A stretch of 40,925 bases of DNA from a virus. Lineage: Duplodnaviria; Caudoviricetes. Below the pieces are notes generated by a model. It did not search any database. It saw only the letters and a program-made list of their open reading frames with translations, and had not been told where the DNA came from. Below are positions 17,075 through 26,255 of this stretch, piece by piece (positions within the stretch are counted from its first letter, which is position 1; each line of letters opens with the position of its first letter). Both the position numbers and the translations under genes were made by a program. Location of the stretch: positions 1 to 40,925 of IMG/VR virus record IMGVR_UViG_3300049273_000020; one strand, given 5' to 3'.

Positions 17075-17685
17075 CACATCTCCAGGACGTGAGCGCCGCC
17101 GCCGAACCGGGCGCGCAGCCGGGTCCGGACCCGCTCGGGCAGCTCGAACAGGGTGACCTGGCGGTCGCCGTCCTGGCGGAACTGCACCCGGAAGTCGTCG
17201 ACGGCCACGGCGATGACGTCGCCTGGTGGCGGGGCGAGCCCGGTGCCGTCCGCAGTGGCGCGTGATGCCCGCAGCGCGCCGGCGACCAGGACGCACACCA
17301 TGCCGACGATGTCCAGAGGGGTCTCGACCAGGCCGTGGGTCATGGTGACGGTGGCACGGGACGGTTCGTACCAGGGCTGCCAGCCGGCGGACCGCCACAG
17401 CTGCGAGTCGATCAGCTTGTAGTCGTCGACGGCGAGCGCGGTGCCGTCGATCGACACCGCCGATACCGCGGTTACTGGCGGGCCCGGTAGCCGCAGCCAT
17501 TGGTCGCAGCTGCCGGTGACCACCACGGTCGAGGTCTTCTGGAGGATCGGCACACCAGCCGCTTCACGGATCGCCGTCGAGGCCTCGGCGAGGAACGTGG
17601 TCACCTTCGTGTCTTCGCCTGGCGATGTCCAGGTGATGCCGCGGGCGGTGAGGTCGGCCGTGGCCGCCAGGTTGGGTAGTGGCAC
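17071..17685 (-). CDS. Head-tail adaptor
   Basis: LATADL...LAEASTAIREAAG...LRLPGPPVTAVSAV...VTMTHG pattern; synteny. Confidence 0.82.
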   Translation of the reverse strand: MPLPNLAATADLTARGITWTSPGEDTKVTTFLAEASTAIREAAGVPILQKTSTVVVTGSCDQWLRLPGPPVTAVSAVSIDGTALAVDDYKLIDSQLWRSAGWQPWYEPSRATVTMTHGLVETPLDIVGMVCVLVAGALRASRATADGTGLAPPPGDVIAVAVDDFRVQFRQDGDRQVTLFELPERVRTRLRARFGGGAHVLEMW

Positions 17686-17700
17686 GACCGACCCCTCCTC

Positions 17701-18048
17701 TCACTGTCCGGTTGACGCGGCCGGCGGGGTGGGGCTGGCCTCGCCGTACCGTTCGACCAGGTCGGCCTTGGTCATGCCCTCGACCTCTTCCAGGTCAGCG
17801 CCGCAGGTGACCGCCCAGCCGACCCACACCGGCTTGGTCGCTGAGTTCGCCGGTCGTTCGGTCACCGCCGCCGGCACGTCGGCGTCGACGGTCTCGCCGT
17901 CGCGTGCCACGTACGGGGAGCCGTCCGGGTTGACGCGGCGCAGGGTTCCCTTGGTGACCTGCTCGGCGTACGGCTCTGGCAGCGGCAGCCGCATCTCGAA
18001 CACGGCGCCGCCGGCGCCCTTGAAGTACGCCGTCTTCCCCGAGCCCAT
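17701..18048 (-). CDS. Hypothetical head-region protein with HeH/LEM-like C-terminal motif
   Basis: RPANSATKPVWVGWA...MTKADLVERYG; TGATG overlap. Confidence 0.7.
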   Translation of the reverse strand: MGSGKTAYFKGAGGAVFEMRLPLPEPYAEQVTKGTLRRVNPDGSPYVARDGETVDADVPAAVTERPANSATKPVWVGWAVTCGADLEEVEGMTKADLVERYGEASPTPPAASTGQ

Positions 18049-18410
18049 CAGACGCCCCTCGGCACTTTGAAAGCGGTGACGGTCATGGCCTGCGTGGTCT
18101 CGAAGATCAGCGATCCGTCGGACTGGAGGAACCGTCCGGATTCGAACGGGCCCAACCACTCCGTGGCGTTGGCGAGAAGCGCCTCGGTGTAGTCACCCTG
18201 CACTGACGCGATCGCGGGCGGGTAGGTGCCTTTGAGCAGTGTGAAGTTGCCGCCGGTTGCGCCGCAGGCGACGCGGAGCACGGTCTTCTCCGGTTCGGCC
18301 TTGACGATCTGCCCGCCGTTGCCAACGCCGGCGGTGAGCGCGGTGCCGGCCGGGTCGGGGAGGCTGCCGTTGGGCACCAGGTTCTGGTAGTTGACGGCTG
18401 TGCGAGCCAT
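18048..18410 (-). CDS. Capsid decoration-like protein
   Basis: 120 aa, beta-rich, immediately after the major capsid gene. Confidence 0.7.
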   Translation of the reverse strand: MARTAVNYQNLVPNGSLPDPAGTALTAGVGNGGQIVKAEPEKTVLRVACGATGGNFTLLKGTYPPAIASVQGDYTEALLANATEWLGPFESGRFLQSDGSLIFETTQAMTVTAFKVPRGV

Positions 18411-18426
18411 GGGTCAGTTCCTCCGA

Positions 18427-19269
18427 TCAGGTCTTCGACGCCCGCAGGATCGCGATCGCCTCCGGCCGGATGAGCTTGGTGCCGTAGACGTGCAGGCCCT
18501 TGATCGCGTCGCTGAACGAGCTCTCAGGCCGGTACGCCTCGGTTTGGACGATCTGCTCGGCGTAGGAGATCGCCATCGGATGGCCGGCCTGAACGATGTA
18601 GTCGTCGCCGGTTGGGTTCGGGGCGTTGTTGGACTTGCGGATCGAGAACCCCGCCGCCTCCCCGACCATGCCGTTGCGCAGCGTCGCAGAGGTTCCCGAG
18701 TCCGCCACGGAGGTGAACCGGGGGTCTTTCTGCAGCATGCCGTGGTACCAGGGCGGCATCACGGCGTACCGACCTTCGGACGACACGTTCGACTCGTCGA
18801 GCCGCACGCCCAGATCGACCAGCAGGTCGTACGCCTGACTCGGCGTGGTCACCGACACGGTGCCCAGGTCGTTCGCGGCGGCCACGCCCGTGTACAGCGA
18901 GGCGACCTTCTGGTCGGCGACGTCGCGCAGCGCGTACGCGGCTTCGCTCATCGCCTCGGTCATCACATTGCCCTTGGCCTGCCGCTTGTCGACGTCGTCC
19001 ACTTTGAAGGAGAAGTATTTCGACTGGTCGATGAGTAGGTTGCGCTGCGCGTCCGTGAGCTCTTCAGGCGTGATCACGGTGACGTTGGGCACGTAGGTGC
19101 CGATGGTAGGCCGGGAGATCGAGGTGATCTTCACAGTGTCGCCGGACTCGCGGATCTCGCCCTCGTAGTCGCGGTTGACCACCAGGGGGGCGGCGTACAC
19201 CAGCGACTTTTTGAGCGTGACCAGCAGCCGAGCTGCCCAGATCTCCGGCCGGAACCGGGTGATGGCCAT
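18427..19269 (-). CDS. Major capsid protein
   Basis: FRPEIWAARLL...VNRDYEGEI...GDTVKI...FSDAIKGLHVYGTKLIRPE. Confidence 0.93.
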   Translation of the reverse strand: MAITRFRPEIWAARLLVTLKKSLVYAAPLVVNRDYEGEIRESGDTVKITSISRPTIGTYVPNVTVITPEELTDAQRNLLIDQSKYFSFKVDDVDKRQAKGNVMTEAMSEAAYALRDVADQKVASLYTGVAAANDLGTVSVTTPSQAYDLLVDLGVRLDESNVSSEGRYAVMPPWYHGMLQKDPRFTSVADSGTSATLRNGMVGEAAGFSIRKSNNAPNPTGDDYIVQAGHPMAISYAEQIVQTEAYRPESSFSDAIKGLHVYGTKLIRPEAIAILRASKT

Positions 19270-19283
19270 GGTTGCCTCTCAGG

Positions 19284-20096
19284 TCAGGTAGCGCCGAGCA
19301 GGTCGTTGAGTTGGCCCTTCTCCTGGGCCTCGACGATCTGTTCCGGCGTCATGCGTTTCACATCGGCTTCGGTCAACTGCGGCGGCTTGGGCTGCCCCTT
19401 GCGGGCTCCGCTGTCCGCTCCGCCCTGCCACTTCCTGGTGCTCTGCGCTGCCAGGTAGGGCTTCTTCTCGATCAGGTCGGCGATCGCTTCGGCGATCTGA
19501 TCGGCGTCCACGGTGCCGTCGTCGTCGACGTCGACGGTGGACAGGTCGAGGAACCGGAACGCGTCGGCCGGGTCGGCGAGTTTGCCCGCCGCGGCGGCCT
19601 TCACCTCGGCGCGCAGGATCCGCTCGTTGGCCGATTTCGTCGCCGTGGCCAGGGCCTCCCGACGGATCTGGTCGGCGTCCGGCTGGTCCGGGGTGTCGGC
19701 AGGCTTGCCCTTGCCGCTGATCAACTTCTTCAGTTCCTCTGCGGTCTTCACGCCGAACTCGTTGGCGAGTTGCCGGAACCCACGGGCCTCGGCGCGGGCA
19801 GCGTTGCGCTGCTCCTTCATGGTGTTGAGGGCTTTCTTGCCGGGGTCGCCGAGTTGGTCGGCGCCGTCCGGGTCGGTGTCGCCGCCGGTGCCGTCGTCGT
19901 CTGCGTCGGGCTGGTCGTCGCCGGTCGAGTCGGAACCGGCGTCGTCGTCGGACGTGTCGTCGTCCGATGTGCCGTCACCGCCCATCACCGGCCACACGGG
20001 GCCGCGGGAGGTGACGCCGATCGCGCGTAGTGGTTCCCCGTTGCGGGGATCGCGGATCGTCGGGTGTGCGGGCAGTACATCGTCCAGGTAGGACAT
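19284..20096 (-). CDS. Capsid scaffolding protein
   Basis: Acidic N-region, LGDPGKKAL coiled coil, KLADPADA and KPYLAA motifs; precedes the capsid gene. Confidence 0.88.
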   Translation of the reverse strand: MSYLDDVLPAHPTIRDPRNGEPLRAIGVTSRGPVWPVMGGDGTSDDDTSDDDAGSDSTGDDQPDADDDGTGGDTDPDGADQLGDPGKKALNTMKEQRNAARAEARGFRQLANEFGVKTAEELKKLISGKGKPADTPDQPDADQIRREALATATKSANERILRAEVKAAAAGKLADPADAFRFLDLSTVDVDDDGTVDADQIAEAIADLIEKKPYLAAQSTRKWQGGADSGARKGQPKPPQLTEADVKRMTPEQIVEAQEKGQLNDLLGAT

Positions 20097-20147
20097 GGGT
20101 GTGACTCCATTGCGGGGTCGGCCCCGTTCCCTTGCGGAGCGGGGAAG

Positions 20148-21110
20148 TCAGCGGATGTAGCCGTGGGTGCGGAGCAGCCGCACCGCTTCGGCCCGGTCGT
20201 TGCCGGCGATCTCGTAGATCGACTCGGGCATCAGGCGTACCTGGCGGTTCACGCCGCGACGGGTAACCGCCTCAGTCGTGACGAACAGGTCCCGCCCGAA
20301 CACCCGCCGGCGGATCAACTGGCCGCCGCGACCGCCGGCCGCGCGGGCCGCGGTTTCCATGCCACGGCGGGCGTTGACCACCCTGTTGATGTCCGCGCCG
20401 GACCGGATCGCCGCCGCACCGGACCGGGTGAAGATCCGGTCCTGCTCCGCGACGCTCAGCGAGTCGAAGTAGCCGCGCGGGTCGGTGCGCAGGTCCCCGG
20501 TGACATCCTCGACCGCCGGGACGTGCACGCAGTCGCAGTGCGGGTGCCGGTCAAACCCCGCATTCCATTCGTAGACCCGGCCGGCGAGCACCACGCACCG
20601 CGAGCAGCTGGGCGGGTTGAGCATCCGCACGTACCCGGGGACGGTCCGGCTGGCGGTGAGCGCGACCCCGTCGGCGACCCGGCCGGCGTCGGTCACCTGC
20701 AGGCGGGCGATGATCCGGGCGCTGGCCTGCCCGGCGGCAAGCGCCTGGGGCACTGTGGCACCCCGGGACAACGCCACCTTCGCCACGGTGGCCGGTTGCG
20801 CCAGCAGCGACGCTAACGACCGCCCGTCCGAGGCGATGCCAGCGAACGCCAACGGGTTGATCAGCCCTGCGATGTCCGGGGTGATGCCCTGCGCGGCGAG
20901 CACGGCGGCGAGGTACGCCTCCGTGCTCGCCGCAGCTGTTTCCTGGGCAGCGGTGAGCTCGGCGAGCAGCGGCACCAGCAGCACCGCCCACGACCCGGCG
21001 ATGTCGCCCTGGTCCACGTGCCGCCACTGCCGCGCGGCGTACCGCTCCAGCTGGGTCGCGAGCGCGGCGAGTGCGTCCTGGTGGGCACGGGCCACGTCGG
21101 CCGTGGCCAC
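20148..21110 (-). CDS. MuF-like minor head / capsid maturation protein
   Basis: CSRCVVLAGR...FDRHPHCDC motif between portal and scaffold genes. Confidence 0.8.
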   Translation of the reverse strand: MATADVARAHQDALAALATQLERYAARQWRHVDQGDIAGSWAVLLVPLLAELTAAQETAAASTEAYLAAVLAAQGITPDIAGLINPLAFAGIASDGRSLASLLAQPATVAKVALSRGATVPQALAAGQASARIIARLQVTDAGRVADGVALTASRTVPGYVRMLNPPSCSRCVVLAGRVYEWNAGFDRHPHCDCVHVPAVEDVTGDLRTDPRGYFDSLSVAEQDRIFTRSGAAAIRSGADINRVVNARRGMETAARAAGGRGGQLIRRRVFGRDLFVTTEAVTRRGVNRQVRLMPESIYEIAGNDRAEAVRLLRTHGYIR

Positions 21111-21113
21111 CGG

Positions 21114-22598
21114 TCACTCCCCGGTCGGTTCAGGTGCCGGCATAGGGGCGGGTAGTGGCTGGCGTGCGAGCGCGCCGATCGGGTCGATCTCGGCCTCCCG
21201 CTCGATCATCCGCAGCACCTCGGCCACCTCATCCGGTGGCATCCCCAACCACCTGCGGGAGATGTACTCCAGGGGGTAGCCGACCTGGCGCGCCTTGAGC
21301 GCGGCGTCCATCGCCTGCGCCTCAGACCGGATCTCCACGTCGCGCCACAGCACCTTGCCTGCCCGCAGCGCTTTCGCTTTCGCCGGGTTCTCCTGGGCCA
21401 ACGCGATCAGTTCCGCGCCGTGGCGGATGCCCCGTCCGAACGATTCGGTCTTCTCCTCAGACCGTTTCACCAGGCCGGTTTCGGCGGTCTTCAGGGTGTC
21501 CGCGTTCGCGTTGACGATCCGGGACATCAGGTAGTGGGGCGGGGTGCGTGACTGCGCCGCGACGTGGGCGACGCACACCTCCAGCACCCCGGTGTACATC
21601 TGAAGGTTCGCCGCCGACCACTGGTCGATCTTCGCTTCGGGGTTCTCCAGCCAGACGATCCGGTCGTTGCGGAACTTCTGCAATGGCACGTCTTTCTCGC
21701 CGACGACCTGGCCATTCTCGTCGAGCACGGGCACCTTGGGCCGGTCCGCACCCAGGACCACCCGCTGCGGGAGGCTGGTGAAGTCCGCGTCGTTGAGCAG
21801 ATACGACCAGATCAGGTTGATCGCATCCTGCATCGCGGCCACGCCAGCGATGTCCGAAATCGGTTCACCGATCAGCCGGGGCCGGTTCGGCAACTCCACC
21901 AGGGGCACCTTGCCCATCGGGTTCGGCACCGGCCACGTGTCGTCAGTGGACGGTTGCCGCGGCTCCCACCCGCCCACATCGGACGCGGGCACGTACAGGC
22001 CGGAGTCCGTGCGGCCACCCTGGATCCGCTGACGCTGCCACTTCCACACCGCCTCAGGGGTGTAGAGGGTGGAGTGCTCCCGCTCGTTGTGCTCGTCGAC
22101 CCACAGCTTCAGACCGGCGCGGCGCTCGTTGGTTTCCGGGTCGTACGCGACGATCGCCTGGCGCGGGTGCTCGAACGTGACCCGGGGAGTTTCGTCGTCA
22201 GCGGGGTTGCCCCACACCAGCACGAACGACCGCTTCGCGAGGATTGCTTCAAGGAACGCCTGGTCAGAGAAGTGGTCGGCGTCGTTCTCCCGCCACACCC
22301 GCCAGGTCTCATCGTCCGCTTGGTCGGCACCCAGGGGCCGGAACCCGGTGACTTCCAGCCGCTCGGTGGGAGCGTCGGCGACCACCCCGCACCAGTTGTC
22401 CGAAAATTTGGTGTACCGCTGGTCGAAGTATTCGGCGAACTGCTTCGACGCGAACGCGAGCAGCCGGCCCCGGCCGGTCCGGTAGTAGGAGTCGTACTTC
22501 TCGGCGTCCGACTGCCGGAACTGCAATTCCTCGGCGAGCCTGGTCACCGTCTGGGCGGCTTGCAGAGCATCCGGCGACATGAAGGGCGCGGACACCAC
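21114..22598 (-). CDS. Portal protein (SPP1 gp6-like)
   Basis: NWCGVVADAPTERL, NPMGKVPLVELPN, QDAIN and PQRVVLG motifs. Confidence 0.93.
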   Translation of the reverse strand: MVSAPFMSPDALQAAQTVTRLAEELQFRQSDAEKYDSYYRTGRGRLLAFASKQFAEYFDQRYTKFSDNWCGVVADAPTERLEVTGFRPLGADQADDETWRVWRENDADHFSDQAFLEAILAKRSFVLVWGNPADDETPRVTFEHPRQAIVAYDPETNERRAGLKLWVDEHNEREHSTLYTPEAVWKWQRQRIQGGRTDSGLYVPASDVGGWEPRQPSTDDTWPVPNPMGKVPLVELPNRPRLIGEPISDIAGVAAMQDAINLIWSYLLNDADFTSLPQRVVLGADRPKVPVLDENGQVVGEKDVPLQKFRNDRIVWLENPEAKIDQWSAANLQMYTGVLEVCVAHVAAQSRTPPHYLMSRIVNANADTLKTAETGLVKRSEEKTESFGRGIRHGAELIALAQENPAKAKALRAGKVLWRDVEIRSEAQAMDAALKARQVGYPLEYISRRWLGMPPDEVAEVLRMIEREAEIDPIGALARQPLPAPMPAPEPTGE

Positions 22599-22611
22599 AC
22601 CACTCCCCTCG

Positions 22612-24354
22612 TCAGGCCGTGTACGCGTAGTACGTCTTCGGTCGGGGCCTGCGGACGTACCCGTCCAGGCCGGTCACCATCGCCGAGATCCCGTCGATAC
22701 GGGCCTGGCTCTTCTTGCGTTCCGGCTTGACCAGCCGGTAGTTGTCCTGCCCGTCCCCTTTGGCCTCCACGACCAGAGCCATCCACCGCGCCACCGGGTT
22801 CGCCCCGACCCGCATCCGACCCCTGGTCCACCCCTTTTCGGTGTGGCCCATCAGCCGCTGCAGCTCTTTGATCGCCGGCGACTGGCCGAGGAAGGTCTGC
22901 GCCACCGGGGACACCTGGCAGCCCTTCAACGCGGCATCGACGTTCTGCACCAGCTGCCCGGCGAACATTCGGTCGTAGGAGATCCGTTGCATGTCCACGA
23001 CCCGGCAGTCCTCCAGGACCTGCCGCTCGACCGCGGCGTAGTCGATGACGTTGCCCTCAGTCGCCACCACCCACCCATCGGCGATCCACTGCGACAGCGG
23101 CACCTGCAGGTGGCGTTCCAGGTCCTCCACGACTTCTTCCGGCACCCAGAACCGCCAGTGCATCTCCAGCTCGACACCCGGCTTCGTCGACTCGACACCC
23201 ATCCACCAGGCCGACAGGTCAGACACCGCCGACAGGTCAAGGCCACCCCATGCGCGGCGGCCCCGCAGGCTCGGCAACGGCAGCCCTCCCGAGCAGGCAT
23301 CCCACCGGACGAGGTCGATCAGCCGTGAGCTGTCCCGCATCCGCCGGTTGAGGTGCAGCCGGCAGTAGGTCGGGAAGTACGACGGCGTGGCGCGGGCCTT
23401 GTTGGCTTCCTTGCGCAGGTACGACAACGTCGGGGAAACTCCGAGCCCCGGGTTGGCCTTGCGCATCGTGGCCTCGGCGAACGGATCGTCGCCGTCCTCC
23501 GCAGCCCAGATCACCCCGTAGTGCGACGAGTCGACGACGACGCCCGCTGCGACCTTGCGGGTGTAGCTGTGCTTCTCGTCGTAGATCGAGCCCTCTTGGG
23601 CCTCGTCCGCGGTGGTAATAAAGACGATCAGCGGCTGCGCGCGGGCACCGGTGCCGGTCTCGATCGCGTCCACCAGGTGCCGCGACTTGTGGACATGCAC
23701 TTCGTCGATCACACCGCCGCTGACGTTCAGACCGTGCGCGGCTTCGGCGATCCGCGACAGGGCCCGGAAGACGCTGCCGGTGTGCGGCACCGTGATCACT
23801 TGCGCGAGCGCGCGGACCCGCCGGCGTGCCGCCTTCGACGTCAGGCACATCTTCTTGGCGTCTTCGAAGACCCGGCCGGCCTGGAGCCGGTCGCCGGCGG
23901 CCGCGTACACCTCCGCGCCCGGCTCGCTGTCGGCGAGCAGCAGCACGTTCGCCACACCCGCCGAGATCGTCGACTTGCCGTTCTTACGCGGCACCTCGAT
24001 CCAGGCGGTCCGGATCACCCGGACGACCTGGTCGACCTCTTCGTCGAAGACGACCCAACCGAACGCGGGGGCGATGAACCAGACGATCTGCCACGGCGCC
24101 AGGCCCTGACCGAGCCGCATCGGCAAGCCCGCCCAGCGCCCTTTCGTGTGCTTGAACGACGCCAGCGCGCGCAACGCGCGGCGTACCCGGCCGACGTCGA
24201 AGTAGGCACCTTCCACCTTGTCGGCCTGGAACGCCACCACCAGCGGCCGCGCCTTGGCCGCCTCATCGATCTGCTCTTCGGTCAACCCCAGCTCAAGCAG
24301 CGCCTCGCGGGGAACCGGAAGATCAGTCGAACGGGTCGTCTTCGTCGCCGCCAT
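22612..24354 (-). CDS. terL: Terminase large subunit
   Basis: Walker A VPRKNGKST, Walker B GGVIDEVH, ITTA coupling motif, nuclease motifs GLDLSAVSDL and RIDG. Confidence 0.97.
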   Translation of the reverse strand: MAATKTTRSTDLPVPREALLELGLTEEQIDEAAKARPLVVAFQADKVEGAYFDVGRVRRALRALASFKHTKGRWAGLPMRLGQGLAPWQIVWFIAPAFGWVVFDEEVDQVVRVIRTAWIEVPRKNGKSTISAGVANVLLLADSEPGAEVYAAAGDRLQAGRVFEDAKKMCLTSKAARRRVRALAQVITVPHTGSVFRALSRIAEAAHGLNVSGGVIDEVHVHKSRHLVDAIETGTGARAQPLIVFITTADEAQEGSIYDEKHSYTRKVAAGVVVDSSHYGVIWAAEDGDDPFAEATMRKANPGLGVSPTLSYLRKEANKARATPSYFPTYCRLHLNRRMRDSSRLIDLVRWDACSGGLPLPSLRGRRAWGGLDLSAVSDLSAWWMGVESTKPGVELEMHWRFWVPEEVVEDLERHLQVPLSQWIADGWVVATEGNVIDYAAVERQVLEDCRVVDMQRISYDRMFAGQLVQNVDAALKGCQVSPVAQTFLGQSPAIKELQRLMGHTEKGWTRGRMRVGANPVARWMALVVEAKGDGQDNYRLVKPERKKSQARIDGISAMVTGLDGYVRRPRPKTYYAYTA

Positions 24355-24826
24355 CGCCGTCCCCAGGAGGCGTGATGCTCACCCGGGCGGACGGCGACAG
24401 CCCGAACTCCCGCAGATAGACCCGGTACTGGGCCCGGTACTGGCTGACGATCGTGGTCACACCATTCTTCTGCCAGCCCCGCTCGCCCAACATCAGCAGA
24501 CCGTTGTGCGACAGCTCCCGCTCGCACTGGTCGATACGGGCCACACAGACGCAGTAGTCGTGCAACGCGGCCGCATCCACGGCCGACAGCCCCGCAGCTT
24601 GTTGCAGCACCGGCACCACCCGGCGCCACTCCCTGCGCGCGACCTCCCGGCACCGACGGTTCGCCGCCTGCCGATCCTTGTCCCGCACCACAGGGAAAAC
24701 GTCCTGCCAGTTCGGCTCGCGCAATTCCCCCGGCGGCAGGCGCAGGCCCTCGGCGATCGGCCGCTTACCCGGGTTCCCTTCCCTCACCACCTGGAGGTAC
24801 GGCTTCTTGCGCTGCGGATCAGCCAC
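24323..24826 (-). CDS. terS: Terminase small subunit (P27 family)
   Basis: EGNPGKRPI start, AxxEWRRVVP, and EFGLSPSAR. Confidence 0.93.
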   Translation of the reverse strand: MADPQRKKPYLQVVREGNPGKRPIAEGLRLPPGELREPNWQDVFPVVRDKDRQAANRRCREVARREWRRVVPVLQQAAGLSAVDAAALHDYCVCVARIDQCERELSHNGLLMLGERGWQKNGVTTIVSQYRAQYRVYLREFGLSPSARVSITPPGDGDGGDEDDPFD

Positions 24827-24899
24827 CGCACCCCCTCAGATTCGATCACCCTCCGTAAGAGTTGATCTTTCCCGCGCAAAACCGTTCAGTTGCGGCCAC

Positions 24900-24960
24900 G
24901 CGCGCCGCCCTCCCCGGTGGTCCCCGATATGTCCCATTTGGGGGTATCCCCCCACCCCTT
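24900..24960. other. Candidate cos (cohesive end) region
   Basis: Intergenic gap between HNH and terS. Minus strand has G/C runs followed by GGGGACCACCGGGGAGGGC. Confidence 0.55.
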
Positions 24961-25026
24961 CGGCCGTTCCACTCACCAATCACGCTACGTAATCTCTTGT
25001 TGAGCCACGTCGTCAAGCAGCAAGTC

Positions 25027-25422
25027 TCACCGCTTGTTCCAGCCACCAGGCTGACGCTCGCTGGTCTGCGTCGAGTCGCACCGACCACACAGTCCACGCC
25101 CATGCTTCGGATCGTCGGGATCCAAACCTCGCACCAGCAGTTCGTCACGACCGAGCGGGTAATGGTCGGCATGGGTGGACCACCTGTCACACCGCCCCGC
25201 CGGGTGCCAGGCATGGTCGGTGGCAGTGCACTGGCACACCGGGTGGTCGTCCAACACCTTCCGGCGGAACCGGCTGCGGTGCCGGCGGCCGTACCCACGG
25301 CGGTGCGCACTGCCTCTGCGCTGCTCTGCCTCTTGCCGGTGCCGGTCGCACGGCCCCGTACCGAGGGGTACCAGTTCCGGACACCCTGGGCGTGGGCAGC
25401 TGGTCGATGCCGTCGGCATCAC
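25027..25422 (-). CDS. Packaging-associated HNH endonuclease
   Basis: CPRPGC..., RGSAHRRGYG, HADH...GLCGRCDS; located just upstream of terS. Confidence 0.85.
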   Translation of the reverse strand: MMPTASTSCPRPGCPELVPLGTGPCDRHRQEAEQRRGSAHRRGYGRRHRSRFRRKVLDDHPVCQCTATDHAWHPAGRCDRWSTHADHYPLGRDELLVRGLDPDDPKHGRGLCGRCDSTQTSERQPGGWNKR

Positions 25423-25658
25423 GGCATCCGGTCACGGACCTGCTCTTCGCAGTGGATCTCCATCACCCTCGCCAGGCCGAGGTCATCAACGTACGTGGTC
25501 TCCGGATCCACGAACACGTGGGTTGACTTACCCCCATCGCAGTCGACGACCTCGGCGCCGACGAGGTACTTGGTCACCATCACCGGCGTACCCAGACGCT
25601 TGGACGCTGCGTCGGCGAGCACGTCACGGACCACATCCAATTCCACCGCCACGCTCAC
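25419..25658 (-). CDS. Hypothetical protein
   Basis: High GC3; coupled to the HNH gene. Confidence 0.65.
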   Translation of the reverse strand: MSVAVELDVVRDVLADAASKRLGTPVMVTKYLVGAEVVDCDGGKSTHVFVDPETTYVDDLGLARVMEIHCEEQVRDRMP

Positions 25659-25712
25659 CGCCTTCCGCGTGTTCGAGAGAAATCGAGACCGCAGGGCCGT
25701 TATGGTCCGAAC

Positions 25713-25910
25713 ATGGTTGAGGGAGAGTCCACCGAGGACCTACAGGCTCGCGCACGCCGTGCCGTTCTGGAAGCGATCGACCGATGCGCCAGACACGCCG
25801 ACCCGCACAGGGGCGGCTCTACAGAGGTCAGGAATCTGGCCGAGGCGTACACGCTGGTGGCGGGGACCAAAGACCCGAAAGAGCGTCCTCCGGGACCGGT
25901 GATGCGCTGA
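25713..25910 (+). CDS. Small antisense hypothetical protein (65 aa), probably leaderless
   Basis: TATGGT (25701-25706) lies 6 nt before the ATG; the ORF fills a gap in minus-strand genes. Confidence 0.55.
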   Translation: MVEGESTEDLQARARRAVLEAIDRCARHADPHRGGSTEVRNLAEAYTLVAGTKDPKERPPGPVMR

Positions 25911-25930
25911 CGCGCCAGTGCTGCGACACG

Positions 25931-25965
25931 GAAAAGCCCCGCCGCCCGTAACGGGCCGGGGCTTC
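25931..25965 (-). terminator. Intrinsic terminator just downstream of the putative late promoter
   Basis: Minus strand reads GAAGCCCCGGCCCGTTACGGGCGGCGGGGCTTTTC. Confidence 0.75.
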
Positions 25966-26002
25966 GCGCGGGCATAGATCACCCGCTGACACGATCGTGA
26001 CA

Positions 26003-26031
26003 ATTACAGCCTCCGTCCGGCGTTCCGTCAA
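26003..26031 (-). promoter_or_regulatory. Putative late promoter
   Basis: TTGACG (26031-26026), 17-nt spacer, TGTAAT (26008-26003). The -10 is imperfect. Confidence 0.55.
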
Positions 26032-26255
26032 GCTGCGGCGCGCCGACGGGGCCGGCCACGCCGCTCGGTACGGGTCCGGTGCTCCGCATCACCCAGCTCA
26101 TCCAACGGGTAATAGGCGACACCACCGACCCGTACCGAGCGGATCAACCCGCGGCTCGCCCACTTCCGGACCGTCCCAGCGGACACGCCAGCAGCACCCA
26201 GCTGGGCCACCGCTTCTGCCGTGGTCGCCCACGCAGCACCCGCGACGGTGATCAC
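26028..26255 (-). CDS. Small MerR/excisionase-type HTH protein
   Basis: GVSAGTVRKWASRGLI...YYPLDEL; GTGA overlap. Confidence 0.8.
   Translation of the reverse strand: MITVAGAAWATTAEAVAQLGAAGVSAGTVRKWASRGLIRSVRVGGVAYYPLDELGDAEHRTRTERRGRPRRRAAA

Noticed and set aside
20148-21110. MuF-fused polymorphic toxin
   Set aside because: The protein is short with no evident C-terminal toxin domain, and no immunity gene follows.
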